Shown: positions 13,590 to 27,157, numbered from the stretch's first letter. The stretch: 64,000 nucleotides of DNA from Octopus sinensis (GCF_006345805.1 NC_042997.1:69316001-69380000), one strand, 5' to 3'. Program-made: numbers and translations. The notes: generated by a model from the letters alone, not told the origin.

Positions 13590-14900
13590 ATCATTTATCG
13601 CCTGACCGTCGTGCCTTGTCCCGGTTATTGCTTGACCAGGTTGGAGCGTCTCTTATTTAAATTCTTGTGGAAGAGATGCATTTCAATGGTCAGGCGGTCA
13701 CTCTGTTGCCAGTAACCTCTGAGTGGCGAGTTAGGTATGCCGTGGCTTCTAATGCGCAGGCATGCTATTAAGTTACGCCACCTACATCGATTTCTTGACA
13801 GTGAGCGTGTGTGGGCTTCGTGTGGGAGGCTCCTCTTTCCACAGCTTGTCTCCTTGACAGAGCTGCAGTCCTGGGTGAAGAAAAGACAGAGGATGGGCGC
13901 CTAGCGCCTAGAATGTCATCAGGTGCTCACAACCCTCTACCAGTCGAGCAATGGGATCGGTGGATGTTCTGCTTTAGAAATATATAGCGGATTAGTGGCG
14001 GGGAAGTGCAACGACGTTCTCGGTGAGACTCTGGGCGTCGCCGAGTACGAACTGGCTAGTCTGTTCCGGAGGTCTTTACGGTCGGGAACTATCCTGGATA
14101 ATTTCCAGATGCCCATGGCCGGGCAGTGCTACGGGTGGAGGGGCACTACCGGTTCGGGATAAACTATCTCTACAGGCACGGATAAGCTGTCAGACACGTT
14201 TGTCCGAAGTGCGAGCAGAGTGACGAAACCCTACTGCACGCCCTCGTTCAGTGTCCGGGCATTGCTGACTTGTGGGGTTATATCGAACAGCTGCTGTCAC
14301 GTGTGGAATGGATCCGTCTGTCAGCCGAATCTGTAGTGATGATCGCATCGTCACCCTCCTTCAATCGAGCAGGTATGGCAGTTTTCCTCTGTCTGGTGGC
14401 TGTGGCGAAAGAGGATATTTGGTGGACAAGACTGAAAGGATGAAAGGACAGATACATTCCTCTTTGGTAGAGCTCTTATTGACTTGAAAAGGAAATTGAG
14501 AGTGGAGAGGGAAGTGCTGGCCTTGCTCGAGAACAGCGAGTTTATGGAAAAGTGGGGAAAGTTGACAAAATGGCAAGAGTTGATGGTACCACTCTAAATG
14601 TAGACCTTTGAATCGGAGAGAAGGAATTGGAGAATCCACTTTTCCTGGGATTTCAGGAAAATATCGGACACTGGGGTTCCTCGATTACCTCCAGATGACT
14701 TCCTGTATCAGGAGGTCCACATCTCTATCATCCTCCCCGCACCCTTTCTTAGACCTTTGCATGCTTTGCATATGTCCCATCTTTTTCAGTATATACAATG
14801 TATACCTACCCTTTTTTTTATCATTTCATTAATTATATGTGGAACCCCACGATTTATCATATTGTTCCACTCATCTTTCATTCTTGTGGCCGATAAAGGA
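13590..14900 (+). mobile_element. Tx1/L1-clade LINE, 3' part of ORF2 plus 3' UTR
   Basis: RLERLLFKFLWK...SGELGMP, then CCHC zf-RVT motif CPKCEQSDETLLHALVQC and LWGYIEQLLSR. Several stops and frameshifts; (AAT)n tail. Confidence 0.85.
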
Positions 14901-14947
<47 letters not shown>

Positions 14948-14949
14948 TA

Positions 14950-15011
<62 letters not shown>

Positions 15012-15024
15012 CATTATTATTATT

Positions 15025-15412
15025 ATTCAGTTGTCTTATTTTTATTACGTGTTTTCATTGCACTACCGAACGCAGCTCTGTGTGCCTTGGATATATGCTG
15101 TGGCTTGTTGCGGTGCTCTTATTTTCACTGTATTAAAAGTGCTTTACGTAGGATATGTGTGGCAACTAGTAAGTCCTGGTATTTGTTTTTTATCATACTT
15201 AATGCGCCTACTATGGTAGGAATTGCTTCTGTTTTTAGGCTCCACATTCGTTTTAACTCTATTTCTAGAAATTTGTATTTTGTAAGTTTCTCCGTTTCGT
15301 CTTGTCATCTGTTGGTATTAATACATTTTTAAAACATTTTTTCTTTGTAGTCTCTGACAGCTATATCCGGACCGTTGGCCTTAATTTTACTATTTGTGTA
15401 TTATTATTATTA

Positions 15413-15465
<53 letters not shown>

Positions 15466-15875
15466 TATTATTATTATTATTATTATCATTATTATTATTA
15501 TTCAGTTGTCTTATTTTTATTACGTGTTTTCATTGCACTACCGAACGCAGCTCTGTGTGCCTTGGATATATGCTGTGGCTTGTTGCGGTGCTCTTATTTT
15601 CACTGTATTAAAAGTGCTTTACGTAGGATATGTGTGGCAACTAGTAAGTCCTGGTATTTGTTTTTTATCATACTTAATGCGCCTACTATGGTAGGAATTG
15701 CTTCTGTTTTTAGGCTCCACATTCGTTTTAACTCTATTTCTAGAAATTTGTATTTTGTAAGTTTCTCCGTTTCGTCTTGTCATCTGTTGGTATTAATACA
15801 TTTTTAAAACATTTTTTCTTTGTAGTCTCTGACAGCTATATCCGGACCGTTGGCCTTAATTTTACTATTTGTGTA
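15025..15875 (-). mobile_element. Two apparently identical tandem 3' fragments of an R4/Dong-like LINE subfamily
   Basis: Units at ~15025-15395 and ~15500-15870 (period ~475), each bounded by (ATT)n. Minus strand gives KIKANGPDIAVRD and later RLE motifs. Confidence 0.8.
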
Positions 15876-15887
15876 TTATTATTATTA

Positions 15888-15960
<73 letters not shown>

Positions 15961-16019
15961 CATTACTATCATTATATTTTAAAATGGATTGACGTAACTC
16001 TTCACAAAGGTACACAGTC

Positions 16020-16595
16020 AAGACGAAGAGCGCGATTGTAATAGATATTTTATTGGTTGAACGATATTTCAACAGTAAGTCTGTCTCTGTCAAGTTCAAA
16101 ATAAGAAGTGATAAAAATTCAAAATTATAGAAATTTAAATGTAACGTATGGACGAGACCAAGCAGCGTCTACACGTTGATGGAATGACATCATCAGTTTT
16201 TCAGTTTCAATTTTATAAGAGATAAAAAAAGAAAAAAGACAAAAAGGAAAGCAGAAAAAAGACAGAAAAAGAGCAAAGAAAAAGAGAAAAAGAAGAATAT
16301 TTAATCAAACAGTTTTGTAATTTTATTCATTCCTCCAGGGCGTGGTTTTGATAACCCGCAAGCATATTTCTCCTCATTCATTCTTTTCGCCTGTTATAAA
16401 ATTGAAACTTAAAAACTGGTGATGTCATTCCATCAACGTGTGGACGCTACTTGCTCTCTTTCATAATTTCAAATTTAAATTTCTATAATTTTGAATTTTT
16501 ATCACTTCTTATTTTGAACTTGACAGACTTACTGTTGAAATATCGCTCAACCAATAAAATATCTATTACAATCGAATCGCGCTCGTCGTCTTCAC
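16020..16595. mobile_element. Foldback/MITE-like element with ~215-bp inverted arms
   Basis: 16020-16240 is the reverse complement of 16385-16595 (aagacgaagagcgcgattgtaatagatatttt / aaaatatctattacaatcgaatcgcgctcgtcgtctt); ~150-bp spacer. Confidence 0.8.
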
Positions 16596-16649
<54 letters not shown>

Positions 16650-18007
16650 GTTTTTTCCTTCATTCTTCAAATTTTCTTCCGTTTCTCGCCGAGTGTTTTC
16701 CATACACCTAGGGCAGAGAAGGGCATTGCATGCATTCCCAGATTACACGCGCAAATTCACAGACAAAATATGTATATAAAAATTAATAAATAAATAAATT
16801 CATGGGTGGATGTTATTTTCACAGCGATAGTGCTCTTCTCAGAACATGAGCCGTTCCAGTTAATACGATTTTTTGCACTTCCTATTGGGATGGTAAGCCT
16901 GGAATCATTTTCAAATAGGTTTCAGTACCTTTTTTTTATCCTTCCTAGAGATCCTACAATCACTGGTACTGTAGTCGCCTTGAGATGCCACATTTTTTTC
17001 AATTTCTATTAGCAGGTCTTTATATTTACTAACCTTGTCACATTCTTTCACCGTTATATTGTGATCACAGGGAATACTCATGTCAATTAATAAACACATC
17101 CTTTTTGTCTGATCTTTTCTAATAATATCCGGTTTATTAGCTTTTATAGTCCTGTCGGTCTGCACGGGGAAGTCCCATAGAATCGATACATTTTCTCCCT
17201 CAGTCACAGCTTCAGGATGATGTTTATACCATTTGTCAGCGGTTTTGGTTTTATAATGCCGACATATTGTCCAATGTAAATACTGGCCGACTCCGTCATG
17301 CCTTGCTTTATATTCTGCAGGTGCTAAGACTCTACACTCTGAGATTAGGTGGTCTATTGTTTCAATCTCATCGTTACAGAATCGGCATTTTGGGTCAGCT
17401 CCATTTTTCATCACATTGGCTTGGTAGTTCCGGGTTAATAAGCTTTGGTCTTGAGCAGCTAATATGAAACCTTCACTCTCTGCTTTTAGCCCTGAGCTTC
17501 GTAACCATTGGTGCGTGTGTTTCTGGCCGACATCAGCTTGTTTGCTACGGGCCACATACTTGCCATGGAGAGGTTTCTGTTCCCATCTGCTAGCTAAATT
17601 TTCATGTGCTTTTGTCCTTGCAATTAATTTTATTTTATTTGCAACAGCAGTTGGCGCATTTCCTTCAGCCTGCTCAATCTGGTGGGTATCTAAGAGATCA
17701 GCAGCGAACTTTTTGCTCTCTTTGAGAATAGAGTGAAGTTTTTTTAGGTCTTTCATGTTTTTCAACAAGTTTTAGCATCAAATCGTTGGTTGCTTCAAGG
17801 TATTTGGCCAGTCCGATTGTGGTGGTTTTGTATGTAAGTTCAAGCTGGATCAAACCTCGGCCTCCCTGAGCTCTGGGAAGGTACAGGCGATCCACGTCTG
17901 CCTTTGGATGGTGCATCTTATTATAAGTCAGTAGCTTGCGGATTTTTCGGTCAATTTTCATTATTTCACTGGTATTCCAGTTAAGCACATTGAAGCTATA
18001 AAGAACA

Positions 18008-18010
<3 letters not shown>
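16650..18010 (-). mobile_element. 5'-truncated R4/Dong-like LINE (RT thumb, CCHC, RLE), frameshifted
   Basis: ORFs 17698-17988 (RLYLPRAQGGRGLI) and 16911-17768 (CRFCNDEIETIDHLISEC...ANKPDII). 3' end matches the 4905 copy; (ATT)n on both sides. Confidence 0.92.
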
Positions 18011-18103
<93 letters not shown>

Positions 18104-18956
18104 TCCTTTTCACTTCCCAGAGCTCTCGATTTTACTTGCTCTGGTTAAATCTGTAAGAGTGGACAGCAATCTGCGCTCACATATCTCACAGGGTCTCTTT
18201 TCGTGATACATAACACTCAAGTAGCAATCTCAAAATCCTTGCTGTCTCTAAAATTGTTTGTGGTATTTAGTTATGTCTCTATACGTTCTGGAATAAACTT
18301 TGCCCTTAATCATCCATGCTCGTTAAAATGAAGTACTATTCGAGTACTAGTTTTAATTTAATCGAACATCGCCTACCATAAAATTACTGGTCTTGAGCTC
18401 AGAAATTTGTTAATTTTAACGTTTCTTCTGACGTGTTAATCATAATTAGGAAAAGCGTTATTTTCTTGTTGACAATTCATTGAACTACCTTCCTTCGCCA
18501 ATAGTTGTTTCACAGCTTTATATGCGGTCCGACCAAGGAACACGAGGTCAAAGAATTTCCATTCCTAATCAAGGATTTTGTTTTTAACAGATATGATTTA
18601 TCTAGGCCTATTTTAATTAGTATACATCATCAGGTCAAGCGAATACATCTTCATTCCCTCACTAGTTTTGGTAGTTTAGCTGTACAGTAATCAGCATTCG
18701 CAGCTTTGACTCGATTCCTGTCAATATAGAACAATTTACACGTTTTTTCTTTTCTATTATTATAAAAGTTCGTGGATAATGGGTCTGTCCTATTTCAATT
18801 CGTCGCTTAAATCTAGTGCTTCATTACAAATTAAGAAATCGTTACTTGCAGTTTGCACATGGCCACCTAGTACTCATTGCTAAATCTCATGGGATAATGC
18901 TAAACTGCTTCTCACTTTTTAAAAAATGGAGCATTTAATAATTCCATCATAATCTG

Positions 18957-18999
<43 letters not shown>

Positions 19000-19390
19000 T
19001 GTCCATAAAGTATTCGCTATTATTTTCTATCTATAAGCTTATTAGGTATGTCTGTGTATATATATATATGTATATAAATACATGTATGGATGTATGCATA
19101 TATATATTTGTATACATATATATATAGAGAGAAAGAGAAAGTGAGAGAGAAAGAGAAAGTGAGAGAGAAAGAGAAAGCGAGAGAGGGAGAAAGATTAAAC
19201 ATTATAACTATTGATCAAGTTATCTTTGTATTTATCTCATTGTATAAAATCTCAGCTTCCCTTCATTATTCCCGTTTTCTGTGTTTGTTTAAAATGTGTG
19301 CGCGCGCGTATTTGTAATTGCAATTCTCACTAGTGTGAAACCACAATTATCCTTTCACACTCACACACATATGTGCATATGTATGTTTAT

Positions 19391-19422
<32 letters not shown>

Positions 19423-20985
19423 GAGTGTGTGTACGTGTATCTGTGTGTGAGAGGGGTAACATTCAGATAACATGTAAATTCCCTCTCTGCTATACTTGTA
19501 TCTATTATTTACTTTCATTTTGCACTAAGTTATTGCCTTCTCCCCACACTTTGAAAACTTTGACTTCTCCCCAACCTCTTTATTCTTGCATGATATACCA
19601 TAATTTCAGTTGACTTTTGTTTTATGAATTATTGAAAAAATGATTATGATAACTGCAACTGTAGCCTCAAAATTTGGCTCATCTATTTTTCGGGTTAGTT
19701 AAAGGGGTCGAAACGCATATTTCTTTCAAATACACATTCACTGATATATTTTCCTATTTACACAGTCGAATAACTGAGCAGAATTTAGAGACACAGACGA
19801 AAAGAAAGAGACTAAAAAAATCGATAGACATCTGGAAATATTAAGAGCACGTTTCTTTATATATTTGATAGTGCTTTTCGGACCACATTTCTTTCTGCGT
19901 CCAAAATATAACTTTTAATTTTCAAATGAATAAACGATATATTGACGATGATGTCATTATTTATACATGCATTAAGCTGAATGTACTCCTGTTTTTTTTG
20001 TTGTTTAGTTTTATAATCAGTTTCTTCTCTGTTTCCCATTTTCAACTTTTTAAATATCGTATACGAAATATCTTGAATCATATATATATACGTGTGTGTG
20101 TGTGTGTGTGTGTGTGTTATATGTGTGTTTGTGCGTACTTGTGTGTGTGTTTATGGTATGTGTTAGTTTGTGCATGCTTGCGTGTGAGTGTGTGTGCATC
20201 TGTGTGTGTGTGATTGTGCACATGATGGTTTAAAAGTCTCTTTAAATTTCATATAAAACCAGCTAACAATTGAAATCAGTTGAGCTTCTTAATGTATGTT
20301 TCGTCGTCATTTCTATTTATATCTCACTCACACCTCCTTGTACAGCCTTCAATCCCCTCTAGATTCATTTAGCTTTCTCGATACAAAGCCACCAATCTAA
20401 CAACAATGATAGTGGAGCTCCAATAATGGCAGCCGCCCAGACAACCTCAGAGAAGAGAATTAGGTATGAGCTAACAACTGAGTGGCAGTCCTACGTTCGT
20501 ATTGAGCCACATTCAGAAGAAAAAATTTCTTCCATTATTTGATTATGATGCTTTGCTTGAAACGATATATTGCAGGATATTTACTAGGTCAGCGCAAATA
20601 TACAGTTAAGTGTGTACAAAAATAAAAAATTGCACTAAAATAAATAGTAAATTTGTATGCCTTTATCTTTTAAAATTTAAAGGGACTTCTTTATCAACTT
20701 GGACATTGAGAGAAAGAGAGAAGGAAAGAGAGACAGAGCGACAAACACAGAAAGAAAGAGAGAAAGAGAGAGGGGAAGAGAGAGTGAGTAGAGTTCAGAT
20801 AAAATTACGTCTGATGATTATAACAGGTACATACAATAAGTGCTCATATTAACTCACGACCTAAAACTCCAACTTGAACTGCTACAAAATTAATGTGGTG
20901 TTGCAGCTACGTAGCTGCAAAGAATAGCTACGAGTAATTTATATATGTATGTTTATATGTGTATCTATGTGTATATATGTATGTA

Positions 20986-22298
20986 CGAGGGGCGTTCAAT
21001 AAGTAATGCCCCTGATCCACTTGAAGTTGTTCAAGTGGAACAATTTGGAGTTGTTCGATCTAGCTGACATTTTGCATATGCAATTACTTATATCTCTATA
21101 GATTAAGTGGCAAATTACAGCTCTAAACTAATTGTGGTTTCTGATTTACAGGTGTTTGAACTGAGTCAATTGTGAAATGGAGTCTGTTGAATGTCGAGCA
21201 GTGATCCGGTTTTTGTATTTGAAAGGACGCACACCACGGGAGACTTTTGATGAAATGAAAGTAACTTATTGTGATAATGCCCCATCATATGACCTTGTAA
21301 AACGCTGGCATCGTGAATTCAAACATGGTTGGAACTCTGTGGAAACAGCTCCCAGATCTGGTCGCCCCCTTCTGCCATTGATGAGGCATCTGTCCGTCAA
21401 GTTGAGGCTGCCATTTTGGAAGATCGACGCATAACTATTCGCAAAATAGCCCATGAGGTCAAGATTAGTACCGGGTCTGTGGAAACTATCATTCATGACC
21501 ATTTGCATATGCAAAAGGTGTCTGCCAGATGGATTCGCAGGTTGCTCACATCTTTCCAGAAGCAAGAACGCGTCGATTGCTTGAGGATGAATTTGGAGAT
21601 GTGCCAAGAAGATGAGTCAAAATTTTTCAAAAGACTGATTACACAGGATGAAACCTGGGTCCATCACTATGATCCAGAGACCAAAGCCCAGTCAATGCAG
21701 TGGAAGCACCGTGACTCCCCTCCTCCAAAGAAGGCAAGGGTGCAGCCCTCCGCTGGCAAGGTCATGCTCACAGTCTTCTGGGACCAGGACGGAGTAGTGA
21801 TGACAGATTTCTGGCAAATGGTGCCACAATTACAGGAGCCTATTATGCTTCACTTTTGAGGAAATTAAGAGAAGCTATCAAAATCAAGAGCGGGGCAAGA
21901 TAAGCAAAGGCATCCTCCTCCTGCAGGACAACGCTCTGGTCCACAACTCGCGTGTCGCCAGATCAGAAGCACAGGCGTGCGGCTATGAACTCCTCCCCCA
22001 TCCCCCTACTCTTCTGACCTTGCACCTTCTGATTTTCACCTCTTCCCAGCCATGAAGTTGTTTTTGAAAGGAAAGCGTTTCCCAGATGATGCAGCCTTGA
22101 TTTCTGAAGTCACGTCGTGGTTGGAGGACCAAGCTGGGGTCTTCGACAAAAACGGTCTCCAGAGCTGCATCAAACGATGGTAGAAATGCGTAACTCTGGG
22201 TGGTTCCTATGTAGAAAAAAACTAATAACTGTGCCAAGTTTCGTTGCTCTACTGCTATGGGAAGTGGGTCAGGGGCATTACTTATTGAACGCCCCTCG
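20986..22298 (+). mobile_element. Full-length mariner (DD34D) transposon, frameshifted transposase
   Basis: 37-bp TIRs (cgaggggcgttcaataagtaatgcccctga..., one mismatch) with TA on both sides. Motifs MESVECRAVIRFL, ITQDETWVHHYDPE, LQDNA, PYSSDLAPSDFHLF; about 3 frameshifts and an internal stop. Confidence 0.95.
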
Positions 22299-22347
22299 TA
22301 TATGTATGTATATGTGTGTGTATGTATATATATATATATATATATAT

Positions 22348-22760
22348 GTCAGGTCACTTTCGAGTGCTACTGGTAACATGTAACCCAGTACAACATGTTG
22401 CATGGTCGGGCCATCGGCGACTAAACCTTCAACCCCGCCAAGCTTGCTTGGTGCGGAGGGTGATTATTGGACGCCCTGCGAGATGAAAAGCAAAACCCGT
22501 CAAAGGGCGGAGGAACTCTTGAGAGTCAACGGCCATCCGATAAATATTTTCTTTCTTTCTTAAAGCTTAAGGCAGTATCATGCGCGGGGACATAGAAATA
22601 ATCGGACTGAATACCCGATCGCGCGGTTAAACCATTGGGAGTGAAGGACTCCTAGCCTTTGTTAGGGCATCCTTCTAGGAGAAGGTAACTCAGGTAACTA
22701 GGATAACTCCGACATAAAACCTGCGGCTCAGTGGTTACCGATGATGTTGACTTGTTCTTC
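22348..22760 (+). mobile_element. Probable RTE-like 5' UTR fragment with no ORF
   Basis: GC-richer, structured segment ending in tctaggagaaggtaactc...aaacc, which resembles recalled RTE 5' UTR ends. Starts directly at a (TA)n tract. Confidence 0.35.
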
Positions 22761-23206
22761 TTTTCGGATTATGGCTGCTGTTGCTTCGTGAGTGGGATCG
22801 ACTCAGTGCACAGCCTTTCCTCACTTTAAAAAAATCTTCTTGCACAGGCATTGCACGATAACAACATTGTTCATGATTGTTGATGGTGCTGTGAGTCTCA
22901 ACTGAATGGCTGGCTGTAGCCTTAAAAAGCAAATAAAAGTCACATTCGACCACAGCACCAATAACAGTTAAACTTCGTGCAATGGCCATACTCGATAACG
23001 AGGAGGCAGCCATCATATATACATACATTTGTTTTATTTTGTTTTATTTTGTTTTGTGTATCTTGTATTATTGTATTAATGAATATATATATATATGTGT
23101 GTGTGTGTGGTATTATGGTGTCTATGCACACGTTTTTATATTTTACATTTTTATATTGATATGTATATGGGAAAAAAAATTTTTTCACAATTATAATTTA
23201 TTAAAT

Positions 23207-23317
23207 TCTCTGAAGAGGCCGTGGGGCATCCTTGTTAATGTCTCATTTATACCTGCCTTATATGGCTTATAGGTTAAATGAGGCATGATTGCCCTTACTG
23301 CCGAAACAGCTGTCAGA
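23207..23317 (+). ncRNA. Type I hammerhead ribozyme motif with extended stem II
   Basis: TCT-CTGAAGA-GGC[~80-nt paired rod]GCC-GAAA-C-AGCT-G-TC^AGA. Core is canonical, cleavage triplet is GUC, stem I is TCT/AGA, and stem III carries the palindrome ACAGCTGT. Confidence 0.85.
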
Positions 23318-23498
23318 TATGATATAATTACATATTATATTTTACATTTTATATTTCTATTTCCTTGTCTAATTATATTTACAGTATATTTTGTATAATG
23401 CCTTTACTGTTATGTAATGGTGTAATAAAGTATTGATTGGGTATCATCTGTTGGTTGATGTTTGATTGATTTAAGTATGTTTCTCCATTTTCTAATTT

Positions 23499-23538
<40 letters not shown>

Positions 23539-23629
23539 CATACACACACAACACGCACACATATACATATACATACATATGCTTTTTGTCTGTTTAACTC
23601 TTTCTCCTTTTCTCCTGGCCCCTCTCAAC

Positions 23630-25744
23630 TTATGTTCCCTCTTGACATTAAAAGTTTGTATACAGTGATCCCATACAACGCGGACTTCTTGCGCTTAAAC
23701 ATTTCCTTGACCTTCAACCTGACCTTCAACCTGACACCTCCACACTACTTTGTCTGGCCGAACTTGTCCCCTCCCCCAATTATTTCTCGTTCGCGGATGA
23801 GTTTTACCTACATTTTTCGGTAGTGGCCATAGGAAAGAGAATGGCCCCCAGCTATGCGAACCTGTTCGTTGGCTATGATGAGGCCCAAATATTCTTACAA
23901 TTCATTGGTCCCACTCCCGAGCTATACGGTCGTTATATCAATGACTGTATCGGCGCGACCTCTCTCTCGCGCGAACAACTGGATTCCTTCCACTCCCTTC
24001 TCCAATACTTCCATCCTGCCCCTCGAATTCTCCTGCACTATCTCTAACTCATTCGTCGAATTTCTTGACATTTTTGTCAGCATACACCACTCCGCTTTCA
24101 TTACCTCCATCCATTACAAACGCACTGACACACTCCATCCTTAACTTCTCCTCCCACCCTACCCACACCAAGTTCTCCACCCGTTACTACCAATTCCTCC
24201 GTCTATGCAGGTTCTGCAGTGACGACCATGACTATGAGACTCAGTCTCAACTCTTGACTCACCACTTCATCCTACGTGGATATCCCCTCATTATTATCCA
24301 CATTGCCCTTGCCCAAACTTACTCGTCTCCCTTTTCCCCTCATCTACCACTCCCTCAACGTACCATTCTCCAAGCCTTCCGGCGACTCCTGTCCGACCCC
24401 TCCACCTCGCACATATTCCCTTACCCACCCCTTCCTTCCTTCCTTGAAACGAGCCCATGACCTTCAAACAAATCTGCATGACCTCCTGGTCCACAGTTTC
24501 TTTCCTACCCCCGCCTCCCAACCTGGGTCCTTCCCTTGCTGCCACCCACGTTGTCGCTCCTGTCCTTACCTCTCCACCACCACCATCCTGCTAGGCAGCC
24601 ATCACCATCCATATCACATCTCCGACTCCTTTATCTGCATCTCTAGTAATGTTATTTACCGCATCTCCTGCTCTCTCTGTCCTTTCCTGTATATGGGTCA
24701 GACGGGACGCCATGTGGCTGATCGGTTCACGGAGCACCTCCGAGACATCAGACTTGGTAATGACACCGCAGCCTCACACTACCTCCGCTCTACCAGTCAT
24801 TCGCTACTGCATGTATCTGTGTTCATACTGCATAAAGGCCATTCCGACTCTCGCCTTCGCCGGGAACAGAATTAATCTTCTCTCTCTGCTACTTTGAAGG
24901 CACATGGGCTCAACTCACCTCCTCTCTTCATCTGACAGCAATCGTCACGGATTCGCATACAACTATCACATTCAACTGTCCCCTCCACCTACACATCTGC
25001 ATACCGCCTACCTCACCATACACGCACGTGTATGCAAACACCCATAAACACTGTTCAACTCATCACTCACTCCACACATCATTACGCACGCAGTCACAGC
25101 ACTTTCCCACAAATTTTCACTACACCTTCTCACTCCACACACACTAGCACCGACCACTTCTTAGCACCCACACCACACACCATTATCTATACACTCACAC
25201 ACAATCTTCAATAGCCTCACCAAACATACCACTATACGAGCAGCCACACACTGTTTAACTCAGTACGCACACCACACTCCCTTATACACACTCCCACACT
25301 CACACAAGCACATAATATCTGATCACTGGCAATATATACACCTACACCCACACAAGTACATCATACTTGAACACAGACAATATATACACATACATACAAC
25401 ACGCATAAACACACGCAGCACGCACAAACATACACTATACACATGCACACTATTTGTTCACATCACAAGCACGTATGCATAGGTGCACTTGAAAACACAC
25501 ATCAACTGTTACACGTAACATACGCACATACACGTTACCCACGAAAACGCACACACACAAACACACACACACAACTCAGGCTTACTCGCCCGAATTTACA
25601 CATACACGCTCACACACACCATTCTCACATACACATACATGCTCACGCACCTGAGTTCGTTGGGGTCACCATTATCATATCCTTTTCATTCAGCCTTTTC
25701 TTTCCTAGTGATCCCGCCATGTTAGACCGCTGAACCCTACTCAG

Positions 25745-25745
<1 letters not shown>
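23630..25745 (+). mobile_element. Second, more decayed Neptune-type PLE copy
   Basis: LDIKSLYTVIP, AIGKRMAPSYANLFVG, YGRYINDCIG, CCHPRCRSCPY, YMGQTGR; followed by a CA-rich 3' region. Confidence 0.9.
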
Positions 25746-25788
<43 letters not shown>

Positions 25789-25901
25789 ACTACTACTACT
25801 ACACCTGCTTGTTGTTCATATACCAGTCTCCGGCTTTTGTTTTTTTATAGATTTGTACTATACATATATATATTATGTAAGTGTGTGTATGTATAATACA
25901 T

Positions 25902-25979
<78 letters not shown>

Positions 25980-26344
25980 CTTTATAGATACAAATGAATA
26001 TCGTCCTTAAGTTGAAGCACCAATACAATTTCAAGATAAGGTGATTAAAATCAAAATAAGCAACAAGGATGTCCAGAGTTAATGCAGTACGATCGTTTCA
26101 TGGAACTCCATTTAATTGAACAATACAATCATTACATCAATTTAAAATGTAGAGCAATCTTCAGCTGCACAAAGACATAGAATTTAAAATAGAACAGATG
26201 GACGCATTAGTATAATTATACCTAAAATCTCCAAGAAGTTAAGGATATAGACAAAGAACATGTGCCTACAACAGCATAGCCGTAACTCTCTCTCTTTCTT
26301 TCTCTCTCCCCTCTCTCTCTCTCACTCTCGCTCTCTCTCTCTCA

Positions 26345-26441
<97 letters not shown>

Positions 26442-27035
26442 TTCAGAAGCACATACATGTTTGTGTGTAATGTTAGTACCAATTAATCAGTGTTCTAGAG
26501 TAGTTGTTGAACATGTTATAATAGTTTACGATGCATGATTTTATTGGTATTTGTACAAATAACTGGTATTAAACGAAGCAAATATATGTACAAGACACCT
26601 TTCAAGTACTATAATATAAAACACCACGAGGTTCAGTATATTAGTATATTTTAGATTTTGTATACGAAGTTCTGCTTCCAAAATCTCGGAATCTATTTTC
26701 CTCTTCATTTTTTACCTTATGGGTGTGTGCTGTGTGTGCATGTGTGTGTGTGTGTGTGTGTGGATAGTAGGTGTCTCTGAGTAAGTATCATGTTATGTTT
26801 CATATCCTGACTTCAGAACAATCAATATTCTTTCTTAAACATCGAAGTGGTGAGATCATCAGGCAAATTCCAACGTTCGGCGGGTACTTTGGTTTTAGAT
26901 CATTTAGTTCACTAAAACAACTTTAGTGAACTAAATTATCTACATCCAGAAGTACAATCTGATTCACTCAATAGTTCCAGTTGTAGCTACGGCACTGTAC
27001 ATCTAACTAAATTAAGACTTCATTATACATTGTAG

Positions 27036-27157
27036 GTGGCAACTGCACGGATCATTTTACACCACAGCAGGTTGCCCGAATGCATTGCTATCTGGACCTT
27101 GTTTACCAACCTTGGCTTACTACAATGAAACCGTCACCCGTGCCTTTAGTTCCAAAG
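27036..27157 (+). CDS. PAPPA: Pappalysin exon (end of protease domain)
   Basis: tgtag|...|gtaag; (S)[40 protein letters not shown] versus human [25 protein letters not shown]. 122 nt. Confidence 0.96.

Noticed and set aside
20345-20465. Missing pappalysin exon
   Set aside because: No similarity to pappalysin, and the expected exon was found at 27036-27157.
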